In this document: positions 18,807-28,598 of the stretch, piece after piece
Layout of the letters: every line of letters begins with the position of its first letter
Position numbering within the stretch: position 1 is the first letter of the stretch
Origin: Spirochaetia bacterium
Lineage (GTDB): Bacteria > Spirochaetota > Spirochaetia > UBA9216
Direction of reading: 5' to 3'
Length of the DNA stretch: 64,000 nucleotides
NCBI GenBank assembly: GCA_965140585.1
Contig: OZ223264.1
Coordinates: forward strand, 416,001-480,000
Translations under genes and position numbers: made by a program
Notes under the pieces: model-generated
The model's input: only the letters and a program-made list of their open reading frames with translations
What the model was told of the DNA's origin: nothing
The model's database searches: none

Positions 18807-18880
18807 ATTGATGCTGATGTTATTTCATGCACCGGTAAATGTTTAATGTCGATCATGCCCATAAAATAAGGAGACATGAA

Positions 18881-19924
18881 ATGCTTCAGAAACTGGAAGA
18901 AGTCAAGAAAGAGTTCGACTCACTGATAAATTCCGTTGCCACACTGCCCGATATCGCCCAGTTCAAGGCTGATTATCTGGGAAAGAAGGGGAAACTGAAT
19001 GGTCTGATGAGCGGAATGCGCGATCTTTCTGTTGAAGATAAGAAAACCTTCGGAGCAAAAGCCAACGAGGTAAAGCAGGAAATGCTTGATGCAATCGACA
19101 GGCGGACCCAGGCAGTTGAAATCGAAGAAATTAACCAGAAACTCGCAAAGCAGCGTCAGGATATCAGCTGGACAAACCGTATTAAAGACCTGGGCCAGCA
19201 GGCTGCGGGACTCCACCCGCTTACTCAGGTAACAAGGGAACTTGAAGATATCTTCCTTTCCATGGGCTTTGATATCCTCGACGGCCCGCATATAGAGAAC
19301 GAATACTACAACTTTGAGGCTCTGAATATTCCGGAATCACACCCTGCACGGGATATGCAGGACACTTTCTGGTTCAAGGATATGAAGCATCTTCTTAGAA
19401 CTCATACTTCCAATATCCAGATTCGCGGAATGGAACTGAAGGATCCTCCTTTCAAGTTTGTAGGTCCAGGAAAGGTTTTCCGCTGCGAAACCCTGGATGC
19501 AAGTCATGAGGCTGCATTTCATCAGCTTGAAGGTATGATGGTCGGAAAGGATATTTCGGTCCCTCACATGATTCACTTTCTTAGAACCCTTCTTTCCGAG
19601 ATTTTCAAGAAAGAAATCAAGGTAAGATTAAGGCCGGGTTTTTTCCCCTTCGTTGAGCCCGGGTTCGAGCTGGATTATGAGTGTCTTCTCTGCGGAGGCA
19701 AGGGCTGTTCCGTCTGCAAGCAGGTCGGCTGGGTTGAGGCTCTGGGCTGCGGAATGGTTCATCCGAACGTTCTTCGCACCGGCGGAATTGAGCCTGACAA
19801 GTGGAACGGTTTTGCCTTTGGTCTCGGAATAGATCGACTCACTATGATGCGCTATCACATCGATGATGTAAGGCATCTTCATTCCGGAAATCTGAAATTC
19901 TCAGAGCAGTTCAAGGCGTACTAG
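18881..19924 (+). CDS. pheS: Phenylalanine--tRNA ligase alpha subunit
   Basis: HPARDMQDTF, LLRTHTS, FHQLEG, FPFVEPG and GFAFGLGIDR motifs; AGGAG SD before 18881. Confidence 0.97.
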   Translation: MLQKLEEVKKEFDSLINSVATLPDIAQFKADYLGKKGKLNGLMSGMRDLSVEDKKTFGAKANEVKQEMLDAIDRRTQAVEIEEINQKLAKQRQDISWTNRIKDLGQQAAGLHPLTQVTRELEDIFLSMGFDILDGPHIENEYYNFEALNIPESHPARDMQDTFWFKDMKHLLRTHTSNIQIRGMELKDPPFKFVGPGKVFRCETLDASHEAAFHQLEGMMVGKDISVPHMIHFLRTLLSEIFKKEIKVRLRPGFFPFVEPGFELDYECLLCGGKGCSVCKQVGWVEALGCGMVHPNVLRTGGIEPDKWNGFAFGLGIDRLTMMRYHIDDVRHLHSGNLKFSEQFKAY

Positions 19925-19934
19925 GGGTAAGACT

Positions 19935-22358
19935 ATGAAGATAAGTTTAGACTGGATAAAAGATTTTGTTGAAATTCCATCCGACCTCACAGCACAGGAG
20001 CTGGGTATAAAGTTCACCCTGTCCACCTGCGAAGTTGAGGGCGTTGAAGAAACCAATTCACATATGAAGGATGTGAAGGTTGTAGAGATAACTGCAATCG
20101 AGGCTCATCCCGAGGCTGACAAGCTTAACCTTGTAACTTTCAACACCGGAAACGGAACCCACAAGGTTGTCTGCGGCGCTCCAAATGTAGCGGTAGGCCT
20201 GAAGGTGCCCTTTGCTCCTGTAGGCACAACCCTGCCCGGCGACTTTACTCTTGAACCCAAGAAAATCCGCGGTATTTTAAGCGAAGGAATGCTCTGTGCC
20301 GAGGATGAGCTGGGTCTGGGTGACGGACACGAGGGGCTGTTGGAGCTTCCCGCTGATGCGCCAGTAGGAAAAAGTCTTGAAGAGTATATGGATCTCAAGC
20401 GCGACGTCCTTCTTGATATAGACAATAAATCAATTACTCACCGGCCTGATCTATGGGGCCACTACGGCATGGCCAGAGAATTCTCTGCAGCATTCGGCAA
20501 GCCTTTTGCCAAACCCTTCTCTGACGAATGGATTGAGAAGATGCGCGGCTTTTACAATGACCAAAAGTCACCGGTAAGCATTACAGTTAAAAAGGATACT
20601 GCATGCCTCGGTTTCAGCGGCCTTAGCGTGGATAATGTAACTGTTAAATCAAGTCCGTCCTGGATGCAGCGCAGACTGCTTGCATGCGGGATGCGGCCAA
20701 TCAATAATATAGTTGATATCTCAAACTATGTAATGCTTGAGCTTGGTATGCCCAACCATATGTTTGATCGCGATACCATTAACGGCGGAAAGATTATCGT
20801 ACGCGAGAACGGTGAAGAATCAGTCTTCATCACCCTTGATGAGATGGAAAGAAAGATGATTCCTTCAGATACCATGGTATGTGATGAGGCTGGTCCCTCA
20901 TCAATCGGCGGTATCATGGGAGGGCTCACCAGCAGTGTTAAGCCGGAGACATCAAGGATTTTCATCGAGGTAGCCAACTGGAAACCTGAAAGAATCAGAC
21001 ATACATCCACAAGACTCGGACTTAGAACCGATGCCTCACAGCGCTATGAAAAGTCACTGGACAGTCATCAGATTGAAAAGACTGTTCTTCGTCTGCTTGA
21101 GCTGGTTCAGGAAAGCTGTCCTGAAGCAAAGGTTGTCGGCTCACTTGTAACCGACGGTCTTACTCTTGCTCCACCGCTTGTAATTGATCTTAGAATCGAG
21201 CGTGTTAACTCAATTCTCGGAACATCGCTTGGTAAAAAGGAAGTTACCGAAATTCTCACTTCACTTGAATATGTGGTTGAGGATTCCGGAGACTCACTGA
21301 AGGTCACTGTTCCTTCATTCCGGGCAACCAAGGATGTAGAGGTTGATGCCGACCTTATTGAAGATATCGGCCGAATTTACGGATACGACAGACTTGTACC
21401 GCTTGCCCCGCATAATGAGATTACAGCAGTAAGGCTCAGTAATGCCAAGACTCTTGAACGAAAAATTCAGGATTTCATGGTTTACCGCGGAAGGGCACTT
21501 GAGATTTTCACATATCCGCTTATCGGAGAAAAACTTCTTGAGCAGGCGGAATGGCACAATAAGAATGATAACCTTGTGCTCGCCAATGCCATCAGTCCCG
21601 AAACTGACCGTATGCGTCCTTCCATTATTCCTTCCTTTCTTGAGAAGGCAGCTCTTAACCAGAAAAACTACCCTGTTTTCAGGCTTTTTGAACTGGGCCG
21701 CAGCTACCTTGAAAATGAGAAGGATTTCAGCGAAGACCGGCATCAGTTCGGCGTTATGTTTTTCGACAAACAGGGCTCCCCTTTCATGGATGTCCTGAAT
21801 CTGATGGAGGATCTTCTTGAAAACCTCAGCCTGAATGCCCAGATTCAGCAGCCTAATCCCAAGTTCCGGAATCCTCTTCTTCCCGAAAACTGGACAGGTA
21901 TCCATCCCTATGAGCATCTTGATATCAGGGTTATGGGTAAGACCTGCGGATTTATCGGAACAGTTCATCCGCTGATGTGCCGGAAGTTTAAGATCAAGGG
22001 CAATCTGGTAATTGCACTTCTTGATATAACAGATTTTATGGGTGTTGAAGTAAAGGATAAGACAAAGTATAAGCCTTTACCGAAGTTCCCAGGCGCAACT
22101 TTTGACTGTACGGTTGTTACCGGTTATGAAACACCGGTTTCCGATATTCTCTCAGTCGTTAAAAAGATAAAGATTAAGGAGCTGGAAGATGCCAGAATCG
22201 CCGATGTTTATCAGCTCTCTGAAACAGAGAAAACTGTAACGCTTCGGACCTGGCTTATTGACCGTGAAAAAACCCTTACCCCGGAATTCCTGCGGGAGGC
22301 TGAAGATAAAATTGTTTCAGCACTGGAAAAGGGCGGTTATCCGCTGAAACAGGGTTAA
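19935..22358 (+). CDS. pheT: Phenylalanine--tRNA ligase beta subunit
   Basis: HPEADKL, VVCGAPN, SEGMLC, RPINNIVDISNYVMLE and DLIEDIGRIYGY motifs; FDX-ACB C-terminus. Confidence 0.96.
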   Translation: MKISLDWIKDFVEIPSDLTAQELGIKFTLSTCEVEGVEETNSHMKDVKVVEITAIEAHPEADKLNLVTFNTGNGTHKVVCGAPNVAVGLKVPFAPVGTTLPGDFTLEPKKIRGILSEGMLCAEDELGLGDGHEGLLELPADAPVGKSLEEYMDLKRDVLLDIDNKSITHRPDLWGHYGMAREFSAAFGKPFAKPFSDEWIEKMRGFYNDQKSPVSITVKKDTACLGFSGLSVDNVTVKSSPSWMQRRLLACGMRPINNIVDISNYVMLELGMPNHMFDRDTINGGKIIVRENGEESVFITLDEMERKMIPSDTMVCDEAGPSSIGGIMGGLTSSVKPETSRIFIEVANWKPERIRHTSTRLGLRTDASQRYEKSLDSHQIEKTVLRLLELVQESCPEAKVVGSLVTDGLTLAPPLVIDLRIERVNSILGTSLGKKEVTEILTSLEYVVEDSGDSLKVTVPSFRATKDVEVDADLIEDIGRIYGYDRLVPLAPHNEITAVRLSNAKTLERKIQDFMVYRGRALEIFTYPLIGEKLLEQAEWHNKNDNLVLANAISPETDRMRPSIIPSFLEKAALNQKNYPVFRLFELGRSYLENEKDFSEDRHQFGVMFFDKQGSPFMDVLNLMEDLLENLSLNAQIQQPNPKFRNPLLPENWTGIHPYEHLDIRVMGKTCGFIGTVHPLMCRKFKIKGNLVIALLDITDFMGVEVKDKTKYKPLPKFPGATFDCTVVTGYETPVSDILSVVKKIKIKELEDARIADVYQLSETEKTVTLRTWLIDREKTLTPEFLREAEDKIVSALEKGGYPLKQG

Positions 22359-22486
22359 ACGGCTTAATATAAAATTATGAGAAAATGACCCCTTAAATTG
22401 AATTATTAAAATTTTTTGTCGATAATAAAGTAAACCGGGAATAGAGAAAAAATAACTGTTCCCGGTTCTTTTCGATAGGGGTTAAT

Positions 22487-23743
22487 ATGAAAAAAATCCT
22501 GATAATTGATGAATCAAATCTATTCAGGGAATATCTTGCAAACAAACTTAGAGAAAACGGGTTTGATATAGTTGAAGCGAAAAACGGATTCGAAGGTAAT
22601 TTGAAACTTCGCAGTGAACTTCCGGACCTTGTTATCATGGAATACTACCTTTCCAGAAGATCCAGCCTCGAATTTCTCATGGACAAATCAAAAGACCCGA
22701 ATGTTAACGATGTTCCGGTTATTATGGTTTCTTCGAAAATTGATAGGCAGAAAATACTTACTGTAGCAAAATATAACGTAAAAAAATTCTTTTCAAAGCC
22801 GCTTAAACTTGATGCTCTGCTTCAGACTATTTCGGGGTTTTTGCAGGTGAAACTGGAAATAGACCGTACACCTTGTATCATAGAAGCTCATTTCAATGAT
22901 GATATTCTTTTTATTGAAATAGCGATGGGGCTTAATGCCGAAAAAATCGAGCTTTTGAAGTTCAAAATTACCGAACTGATGCAGTTATATGCCGTCAACA
23001 CTCCGAAAGTTCTTATGATGATGTCCAATATAGAACTTGGCGAAGGCGACAGCGACAAGCTTAAGCTTCTCATGGATACAATAATTCTTCAGACCGAAAG
23101 CCGTCCTAAATTTATTAAAATACTGGCAGGAAATGAATTCGTTAAGAATTTCATTAAAAAGAATGCCGATTACCGCGGAATTGAAGTGACTGACAGCCTT
23201 GAAAAAGCCATGGATGATCTACTCGGCCTTAAACCCGATCAGATAGCACATGATGAAGTAGCCCAGGACAGAATCCTGACCAGAACAGCCCCTGTGAAAG
23301 ATACCGAAGAGTCTATTGAGATGCGGTTCGAAGGCGAGCAGATGCAGCCTGAGGACGAAGATGAGCGGGTTGTCCCTGAAGCGAATATTGCTATTGTCGA
23401 CGATGATATAGTCATTCAGGAACTGGTTAAGACCGTGCTTTCGGGGACAGGCTGGAACATGGTCACCTTCAATAACGGTAAAGAGTTTGTTGATGGATTA
23501 AAGGATGCAAAGTTCGATCTTATCTTCCTGGATTTGATGATGCCTGAAATGAACGGGTTTCAGGTCCTTCAGTATCTTAAGCAGCTTGGAGTTAACATTC
23601 CGATAATTGTATTCTCTGCTCTTACAAGAAAAGAGACAGTAAGCAAGGCAATGAGTTTCGGCGTTAAGAGCTACATGATAAAACCTTTGAAACCCGAAAA
23701 TTTACAGAAGAAGGCCTTCGAAGTTCTTGTTTCAGATTTCTAA
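22487..23743 (+). CDS. Response regulator with two receiver domains
   Basis: N-terminal KKILIIDES...SKP and C-terminal AIVDDD...FLDLMMPEMNG...IKP. Confidence 0.88.
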   Translation: MKKILIIDESNLFREYLANKLRENGFDIVEAKNGFEGNLKLRSELPDLVIMEYYLSRRSSLEFLMDKSKDPNVNDVPVIMVSSKIDRQKILTVAKYNVKKFFSKPLKLDALLQTISGFLQVKLEIDRTPCIIEAHFNDDILFIEIAMGLNAEKIELLKFKITELMQLYAVNTPKVLMMMSNIELGEGDSDKLKLLMDTIILQTESRPKFIKILAGNEFVKNFIKKNADYRGIEVTDSLEKAMDDLLGLKPDQIAHDEVAQDRILTRTAPVKDTEESIEMRFEGEQMQPEDEDERVVPEANIAIVDDDIVIQELVKTVLSGTGWNMVTFNNGKEFVDGLKDAKFDLIFLDLMMPEMNGFQVLQYLKQLGVNIPIIVFSALTRKETVSKAMSFGVKSYMIKPLKPENLQKKAFEVLVSDF

Positions 23744-23752
23744 TCAGCAGCA

Positions 23753-26182
23753 GTGGCTATGGAAAAACTAGGACAGTTTACCAACGAAGTTTTTAAAGTC
23801 TCTCCGCTAGGAATGACTGTTACCGATTATGATGGAATAATCATGAGGATAAATCCCTCATCGGAAAGACTGTTTTTCAGGGCGGCCGAAGGTAAAAGTT
23901 TTTATACCAATATATTCAAAGAAGACGCGCAGACCCTTAGAAACAATATAATAAACCTCATTGAAGGAAATAAAGAAAGCATCAGATTTGATGCAAGGTT
24001 CTATAAAGACGGAAATAAATACGGCTGGTGCCGGCTTTTTGTTTCAGCAGTTTTTTCGGCGTATCTTAACTCAAATGTACTTCTTTTTATTTCCGAGGAT
24101 ATTACCGGTCAGATAGTCCTTGAAAAGCAGCTCAAAAAGGCAAAGTCGCTTGCCGAGCAGCAGAAAACCACAGCTCTTTCAGCCCAGCTGGAAGCTGAAA
24201 AAGCTACAAAAACAAAATCAGAATTCCTGGCGAATATGAGTCACGAAATCCGAACTCCAATTCATACTATCATCGGTATGTCCGAACTTCTTAATGAAAC
24301 AGCACTCGATGCCGAGCAGAAAGAATATACCGGCCAGATAATGTTTTCTGCTGAAGTTCTACTGAGTCTGATTAACGATATTCTGGATGTTGAAAAGATT
24401 GAATCAGGAAAATTGAAACTTGAAAATATTGAGATGGATCTGCTGGAGGTTGCCCACAGTGCGGTTGATCTGATTGCACTTGAAGCTCATAAAAAACACC
24501 TTGAAGCATCTTTGTATATTGAGCCAGATGTTCCCCATCTGGTGTTCGGAGATCCGACAAGGCTCAGGCAGATTGTTGTAAACCTTTTTAACAACGCCAT
24601 GAAGTTCACTGAATCAGGAGAGATCGAACTGAGAATCAGCCTGGCCGAAGATAGTGAGGATGATGCACTTATCCTTTTCAGGGTAAGAGACACCGGAATA
24701 GGAATCCCGGCTGATAAAATGAATGTTCTGTTCCGGGAGTTTTCACAGGTTGATTCTTCCACTACCAGAAAATACGGCGGAACCGGTCTGGGGCTTACAA
24801 TATCAAAAAACCTATCACGGATAATGGGAGGAGAGATAGGTGTCGAGTCGGAATCGGGACAGGGATCTGTTTTCTGGTTTACCGCAAGGTTTAAAAAACA
24901 GAAGGAAGAAAGTCTCTTTATTTCCTACAGGGATTCGCATTCCGGCGAGCTTGTTCTTGTTGTTGATGACAATGATACGGCCCGCCTGAATCTTTCAGCC
25001 TATCTCTCAGAACTCGGCTGTTCGGTCGAGCAGGCATCATCAGGTGCAAAGGCTCTTGAGATGCTTAAAGGTGCGGCAGCCTCGGAACATCCGTATTCAG
25101 CATGTTTTATCGATCAGATAATGCCGGGAATGGACGGCTGGTATATGGCCAGTGAGATAAATTCGCTGCGGAGCGATCCGGCTTTTTCCTCTCTGAATCA
25201 GCTGAAAATGTATCTTGTAAGTCCGTCCGGAAGAGGCGCTGAAGAGGCAAAAATGAAGCTGCTGCAGTGGTTCAGCGGATATTTGAATAAACCGGTCAAA
25301 AAAGAACAGCTGTTTTCAGTTTTCGCCGGAATGCAGACAGCAGCGGAAGAGGACGAAGCATGCGAACTTCTTCCTTTGGATGATGACATTGATACCGGCC
25401 GGCCTCTCGCAATTGTTGCCGAGGACCATGAAGTTAATCAGCAGCTTTTCAAGGCTATACTTGTGAATCTGGGCTGTGATGTAGTTGTTGCCTCGAACGG
25501 TCTTGAAGCTGTAGAGAGTGTAAAAGAAGCAGCGCCGGATATAATCTTTATGGACTGTCAGATGCCTGAAATGAACGGATATGAAGCTTCAACGGAAATT
25601 CGCCGGCTGGGATTTGATGCGCCCATAGTTGCTGTAACCGCAAGTGCCATCAAGGGAGAGCGTGAAAAATGTTTTGCATCCGGCATGTCGGATTTTCTGA
25701 CAAAACCGTTCAAGAAAAAGGATATAGATATTGTACTTTCAAAGTGGCGCGGGAAAAGACATGAAGCAGCGGTTGAAGAAGCCTCTGTCGAACCTGCACC
25801 GAATATTCAAAAGGAGCCGGAACCGGATATGAGTGATATTTTTGACTTCAAAGAAGCAGTAGATACATTTCTTGGCAATGAACAAACAGTAAGAAAGCTG
25901 ATCAACGATTATGTGAAAAAAGTAGATGGACAGATACCGGATCTTTCTTCCGCTCTTGCAGCTGATAAGCTTGAGACGGGGCGCGAGATTGCACATTCAA
26001 TCAAGGGCAGTGCTTTGAACCTTGAGATGAAGCAGCTCGGCGAAGCGGCAAAAGAGCTGGAATACTCGTGCCGTGACGGTCAGAGTGAACTTTCAGAAAG
26101 CAATTATAAAAGCCTGCTGGAAGCCTTTACAAATCTAAAAGATTATCTTTCTGAAAACGGATTTATTGGATCTGATCAGTAA
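23753..26182 (+). CDS. Hybrid histidine kinase (PAS-HisKA-HATPase-REC-REC-Hpt)
   Basis: EFLANMSHEIRTP, NAMKFT, DTGIG and GGTGLGL motifs; two receiver domains; AHSIKGSA Hpt. Confidence 0.95.
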   Translation: MAMEKLGQFTNEVFKVSPLGMTVTDYDGIIMRINPSSERLFFRAAEGKSFYTNIFKEDAQTLRNNIINLIEGNKESIRFDARFYKDGNKYGWCRLFVSAVFSAYLNSNVLLFISEDITGQIVLEKQLKKAKSLAEQQKTTALSAQLEAEKATKTKSEFLANMSHEIRTPIHTIIGMSELLNETALDAEQKEYTGQIMFSAEVLLSLINDILDVEKIESGKLKLENIEMDLLEVAHSAVDLIALEAHKKHLEASLYIEPDVPHLVFGDPTRLRQIVVNLFNNAMKFTESGEIELRISLAEDSEDDALILFRVRDTGIGIPADKMNVLFREFSQVDSSTTRKYGGTGLGLTISKNLSRIMGGEIGVESESGQGSVFWFTARFKKQKEESLFISYRDSHSGELVLVVDDNDTARLNLSAYLSELGCSVEQASSGAKALEMLKGAAASEHPYSACFIDQIMPGMDGWYMASEINSLRSDPAFSSLNQLKMYLVSPSGRGAEEAKMKLLQWFSGYLNKPVKKEQLFSVFAGMQTAAEEDEACELLPLDDDIDTGRPLAIVAEDHEVNQQLFKAILVNLGCDVVVASNGLEAVESVKEAAPDIIFMDCQMPEMNGYEASTEIRRLGFDAPIVAVTASAIKGEREKCFASGMSDFLTKPFKKKDIDIVLSKWRGKRHEAAVEEASVEPAPNIQKEPEPDMSDIFDFKEAVDTFLGNEQTVRKLINDYVKKVDGQIPDLSSALAADKLETGREIAHSIKGSALNLEMKQLGEAAKELEYSCRDGQSELSESNYKSLLEAFTNLKDYLSENGFIGSDQ

Positions 26183-26927
26183 AAATAATATTCTGGTAAC
26201 CTGAAGCACTGAACATTTTCTTTATCACAGATCTTCCTCTTTCTTCCGCCAGCTCTGTAAGTTTTCGTTTTCTGGCTTCAGATTTTGTGTGATCTGTAAT
26301 AATCCCGCTTAGGACCCTCCACTGTTCCGGTGAAATCTTCATATCAGGATATCCGTAGCTGTCGCTGTCTTCGTCGTCAACTTTAATTTCAGTAATTTTT
26401 GCCTCTGGAAGCCTTATATACAGACTGTCTGAGTCTTCATCAAAGCGGATGAAATTGGCTGTATTGTTACTGTCTTTTTCCGGATTCTCGAACGGCGTTC
26501 CCGAAAAATCAAAACCTGCTGAAAGTCTTGCAGTAATAACAGCGAACTGATGATCCGAATCGTTTAAATCGATCCCTGCATCTGCAGCTATTCCGAACAC
26601 TGCAAGCAGTTCCAGCTCTTCAGCGCTCAAACTGCCGTCGTTGCGGAATCGTTTAAATAGATCGGGCCAGTCTGTACCCTCCGGAACAAGGTCATATGGG
26701 AAAACTGTTTTATATACAAATTCAATAGTATTCAGCCTGGCCGTATCTCTTATGTCTTCAAGGATTGCCGTACTGCTCTGAACTCTGCTCACCCTGTAGA
26801 AGGGATTTGGAATTTCAAAATCAAATATCTTCCCAGCTGCAAAAAGAAGTACAACAAGGCCTATGATAATGAGCAGGACAAGAATCAGACGAAACGGGAT
26901 GTTGTTTGAGGAAGTCTTTCTGCTCAT
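26163..26927 (-). CDS. DUF4230-like membrane-anchored protein
   Basis: N-terminal TM; LNTIEF, AGFDF and IRLPEAKI motifs. Confidence 0.65.
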   Translation of the reverse strand: MSRKTSSNNIPFRLILVLLIIIGLVVLLFAAGKIFDFEIPNPFYRVSRVQSSTAILEDIRDTARLNTIEFVYKTVFPYDLVPEGTDWPDLFKRFRNDGSLSAEELELLAVFGIAADAGIDLNDSDHQFAVITARLSAGFDFSGTPFENPEKDSNNTANFIRFDEDSDSLYIRLPEAKITEIKVDDEDSDSYGYPDMKISPEQWRVLSGIITDHTKSEARKRKLTELAEERGRSVIKKMFSASGYQNIIFTDQIQ

Positions 26928-27511
26928 TCTTCTATTCTCCTGAAGCTTGCAACTTCAATTCCTGCCAGGCTCATCATATTGCTAATCAGATTTCTGATGT
27001 TTGCATCAGCCCTTTCTATAATTCCGTTTTTTACAGCATCCTCTACTATCTCTTCTTTCTTACGGTTAATCTCATCGTAGTATTCGAGCCTCGTTATATC
27101 CTTTCCGTATTCTTTAATGAAAAATTGTTTAATTGATGATTCATCGGCATCTACATCAAGAATTACCGGGTCCGGCAGGTTGATCACAACTGAAGGCCTG
27201 CCGTTATCGCTGTTTCCGTTGTACTCGATCTCTATCAGATCAGTATTTTCTATTCCCGCCTGTACTATGATATCGATTGAAAAAAGCAACTGCTTGTCGA
27301 CAGTTTTGAAGAACAGTAGGTTCTGTTCCTCCCCGATATAAACGATATCCCGGTAGATCTGCTCGCATGCCGGTACGGAGGAAATGCTTCGGACTGAGGC
27401 TTCAAGTCTTTCGACAGAATGGGGCTGCTCTTCTGAACAAGCGGCAGCCAGCAGTGATATTATTGCTGCAAAAAGCGGAAAAAGAAGTTTTATCCTGATT
27501 TTTTGACCCAT
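26924..27511 (-). CDS. DUF4230-like lipoprotein
   Basis: LAAAC lipobox; VQAGI, INLPDPVIL and GIIERA motifs. Confidence 0.7.
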   Translation of the reverse strand: MGQKIRIKLLFPLFAAIISLLAAACSEEQPHSVERLEASVRSISSVPACEQIYRDIVYIGEEQNLLFFKTVDKQLLFSIDIIVQAGIENTDLIEIEYNGNSDNGRPSVVINLPDPVILDVDADESSIKQFFIKEYGKDITRLEYYDEINRKKEEIVEDAVKNGIIERADANIRNLISNMMSLAGIEVASFRRIEE

Positions 27512-27587
27512 AAGCTATTCTAAGCAGGAGATGTTAAGCTGTAAAGCAGAAAAATTGATAAATTGTGCGATATGCCCTGATTAACCA

Positions 27588-27617
27588 TTGACAGATTAGG
27601 GTGAAAACAGTTATTCT
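27588..27617 (+). promoter_or_regulatory. Probable pyr operon promoter
   Basis: TTGACA-N18-TATTCT upstream of pyrD. Confidence 0.5.
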
Positions 27618-27641
27618 CGCAAAAATCTCAAGTGGAAGGAT

Positions 27642-28556
27642 ATGGATAAGATATTAAGGACAGAGTTTCTTGGGAAAGAGCTGAGTTCACCGCTGGTGCT
27701 GCCTGCAGGTGTCCTTGATATTTCATTCTCCAGTCTCAACTCTCTTTCCGGCGCAGGAGCCGGGATGGTAACTTCAAAATCACTTACAATTGAGCCCCGT
27801 AAAGGACATGAAGGTCCCGTAATAGCAGAAGTCGAAGGCGGAATGCTCAACTGCATGGGCTTATGCAATCCGGGCATCGATGAAGGAATCAGAGAACTTC
27901 AGAAATTTGAAAGTGCTGCCGGTGTTCTCAACCTAAGCATTTTTGCTACTGATGTTCACGGTTTCCGTGTTCTTGCTGAAAGAGCTAATTCCTCAAATGC
28001 TGATTTTCTTGAGCTGAACCTCTCATGTCCCAATGTTATGGATGAGTTCGGAGTTCCGCTGGCGGCATCTGCAGTGTCTGTAGCCGAGATTGTATCTGCA
28101 GTCAAGTCTGTCAGTAGACTTCCGGTTATAGCAAAGCTTTCTCCGAATGTTACAGGGTTTACAAAAATTGCTGCAGCAGCTGCCGAAGCAGGGGCTGATG
28201 CACTGTGTATGATTAATACTATAGGTCCCGGAATTGCTGTTGATATCGAAGCTGCACGTCCGGTTCTGTTCAATGTGACCGGCGGGCTCTCGGGGCCCTG
28301 TATCAAGCCTGTAGCGCTCCGGCTGGTTTATGAGTGCAGAAAAGCGGGACTCAGTCTTCCGATTATCGGAATGGGCGGAATTTCGAGCTGGCAGGATGTA
28401 GTCGAGATGATCATGGCGGGAGCGGATCTGGTAGGAGTCGGGACGGCTGTCTATTACAGCGGGCCTGAGGTTTTCAGAGAAATTAATGACGGCATCAGAA
28501 GTTTTCTTGAAAGAAAGCAGCTGACCGCAGTGACTGATATCAGTCGGATATATTGA
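27642..28556 (+). CDS. pyrD: Dihydroorotate dehydrogenase 1B catalytic subunit
   Basis: GMLNCMGLCNPG, ELNLSCPN, KLSPN, INT and GGLSGP motifs. Confidence 0.93.
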   Translation: MDKILRTEFLGKELSSPLVLPAGVLDISFSSLNSLSGAGAGMVTSKSLTIEPRKGHEGPVIAEVEGGMLNCMGLCNPGIDEGIRELQKFESAAGVLNLSIFATDVHGFRVLAERANSSNADFLELNLSCPNVMDEFGVPLAASAVSVAEIVSAVKSVSRLPVIAKLSPNVTGFTKIAAAAAEAGADALCMINTIGPGIAVDIEAARPVLFNVTGGLSGPCIKPVALRLVYECRKAGLSLPIIGMGGISSWQDVVEMIMAGADLVGVGTAVYYSGPEVFREINDGIRSFLERKQLTAVTDISRIY

Positions 28557-28588
28557 ACCGGATCATTTTTTATGATCCGGTTTTTTTT
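28556..28588 (+). terminator. Intercistronic terminator/attenuator between pyrD and pyrK
   Basis: AACCGGATCAT-ttttt-ATGATCCGGTT perfect stem with a T8 tail; begins in the pyrD stop codon. Confidence 0.75.
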
Positions 28589-28598
28589 GGAGTAAAAT

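Noticed and set aside
18653-18810. T-box riboswitch upstream of pheS
   Set aside because: No AAnnnGGGTGGnACC T-box motif and the leader is too short; a leader-peptide attenuator explains it better.
18839-18880. Longer pheS start given in the ORF track
   Set aside because: No SD there; the ATG at 18881 follows AGGAG and gives a typical N-terminus.
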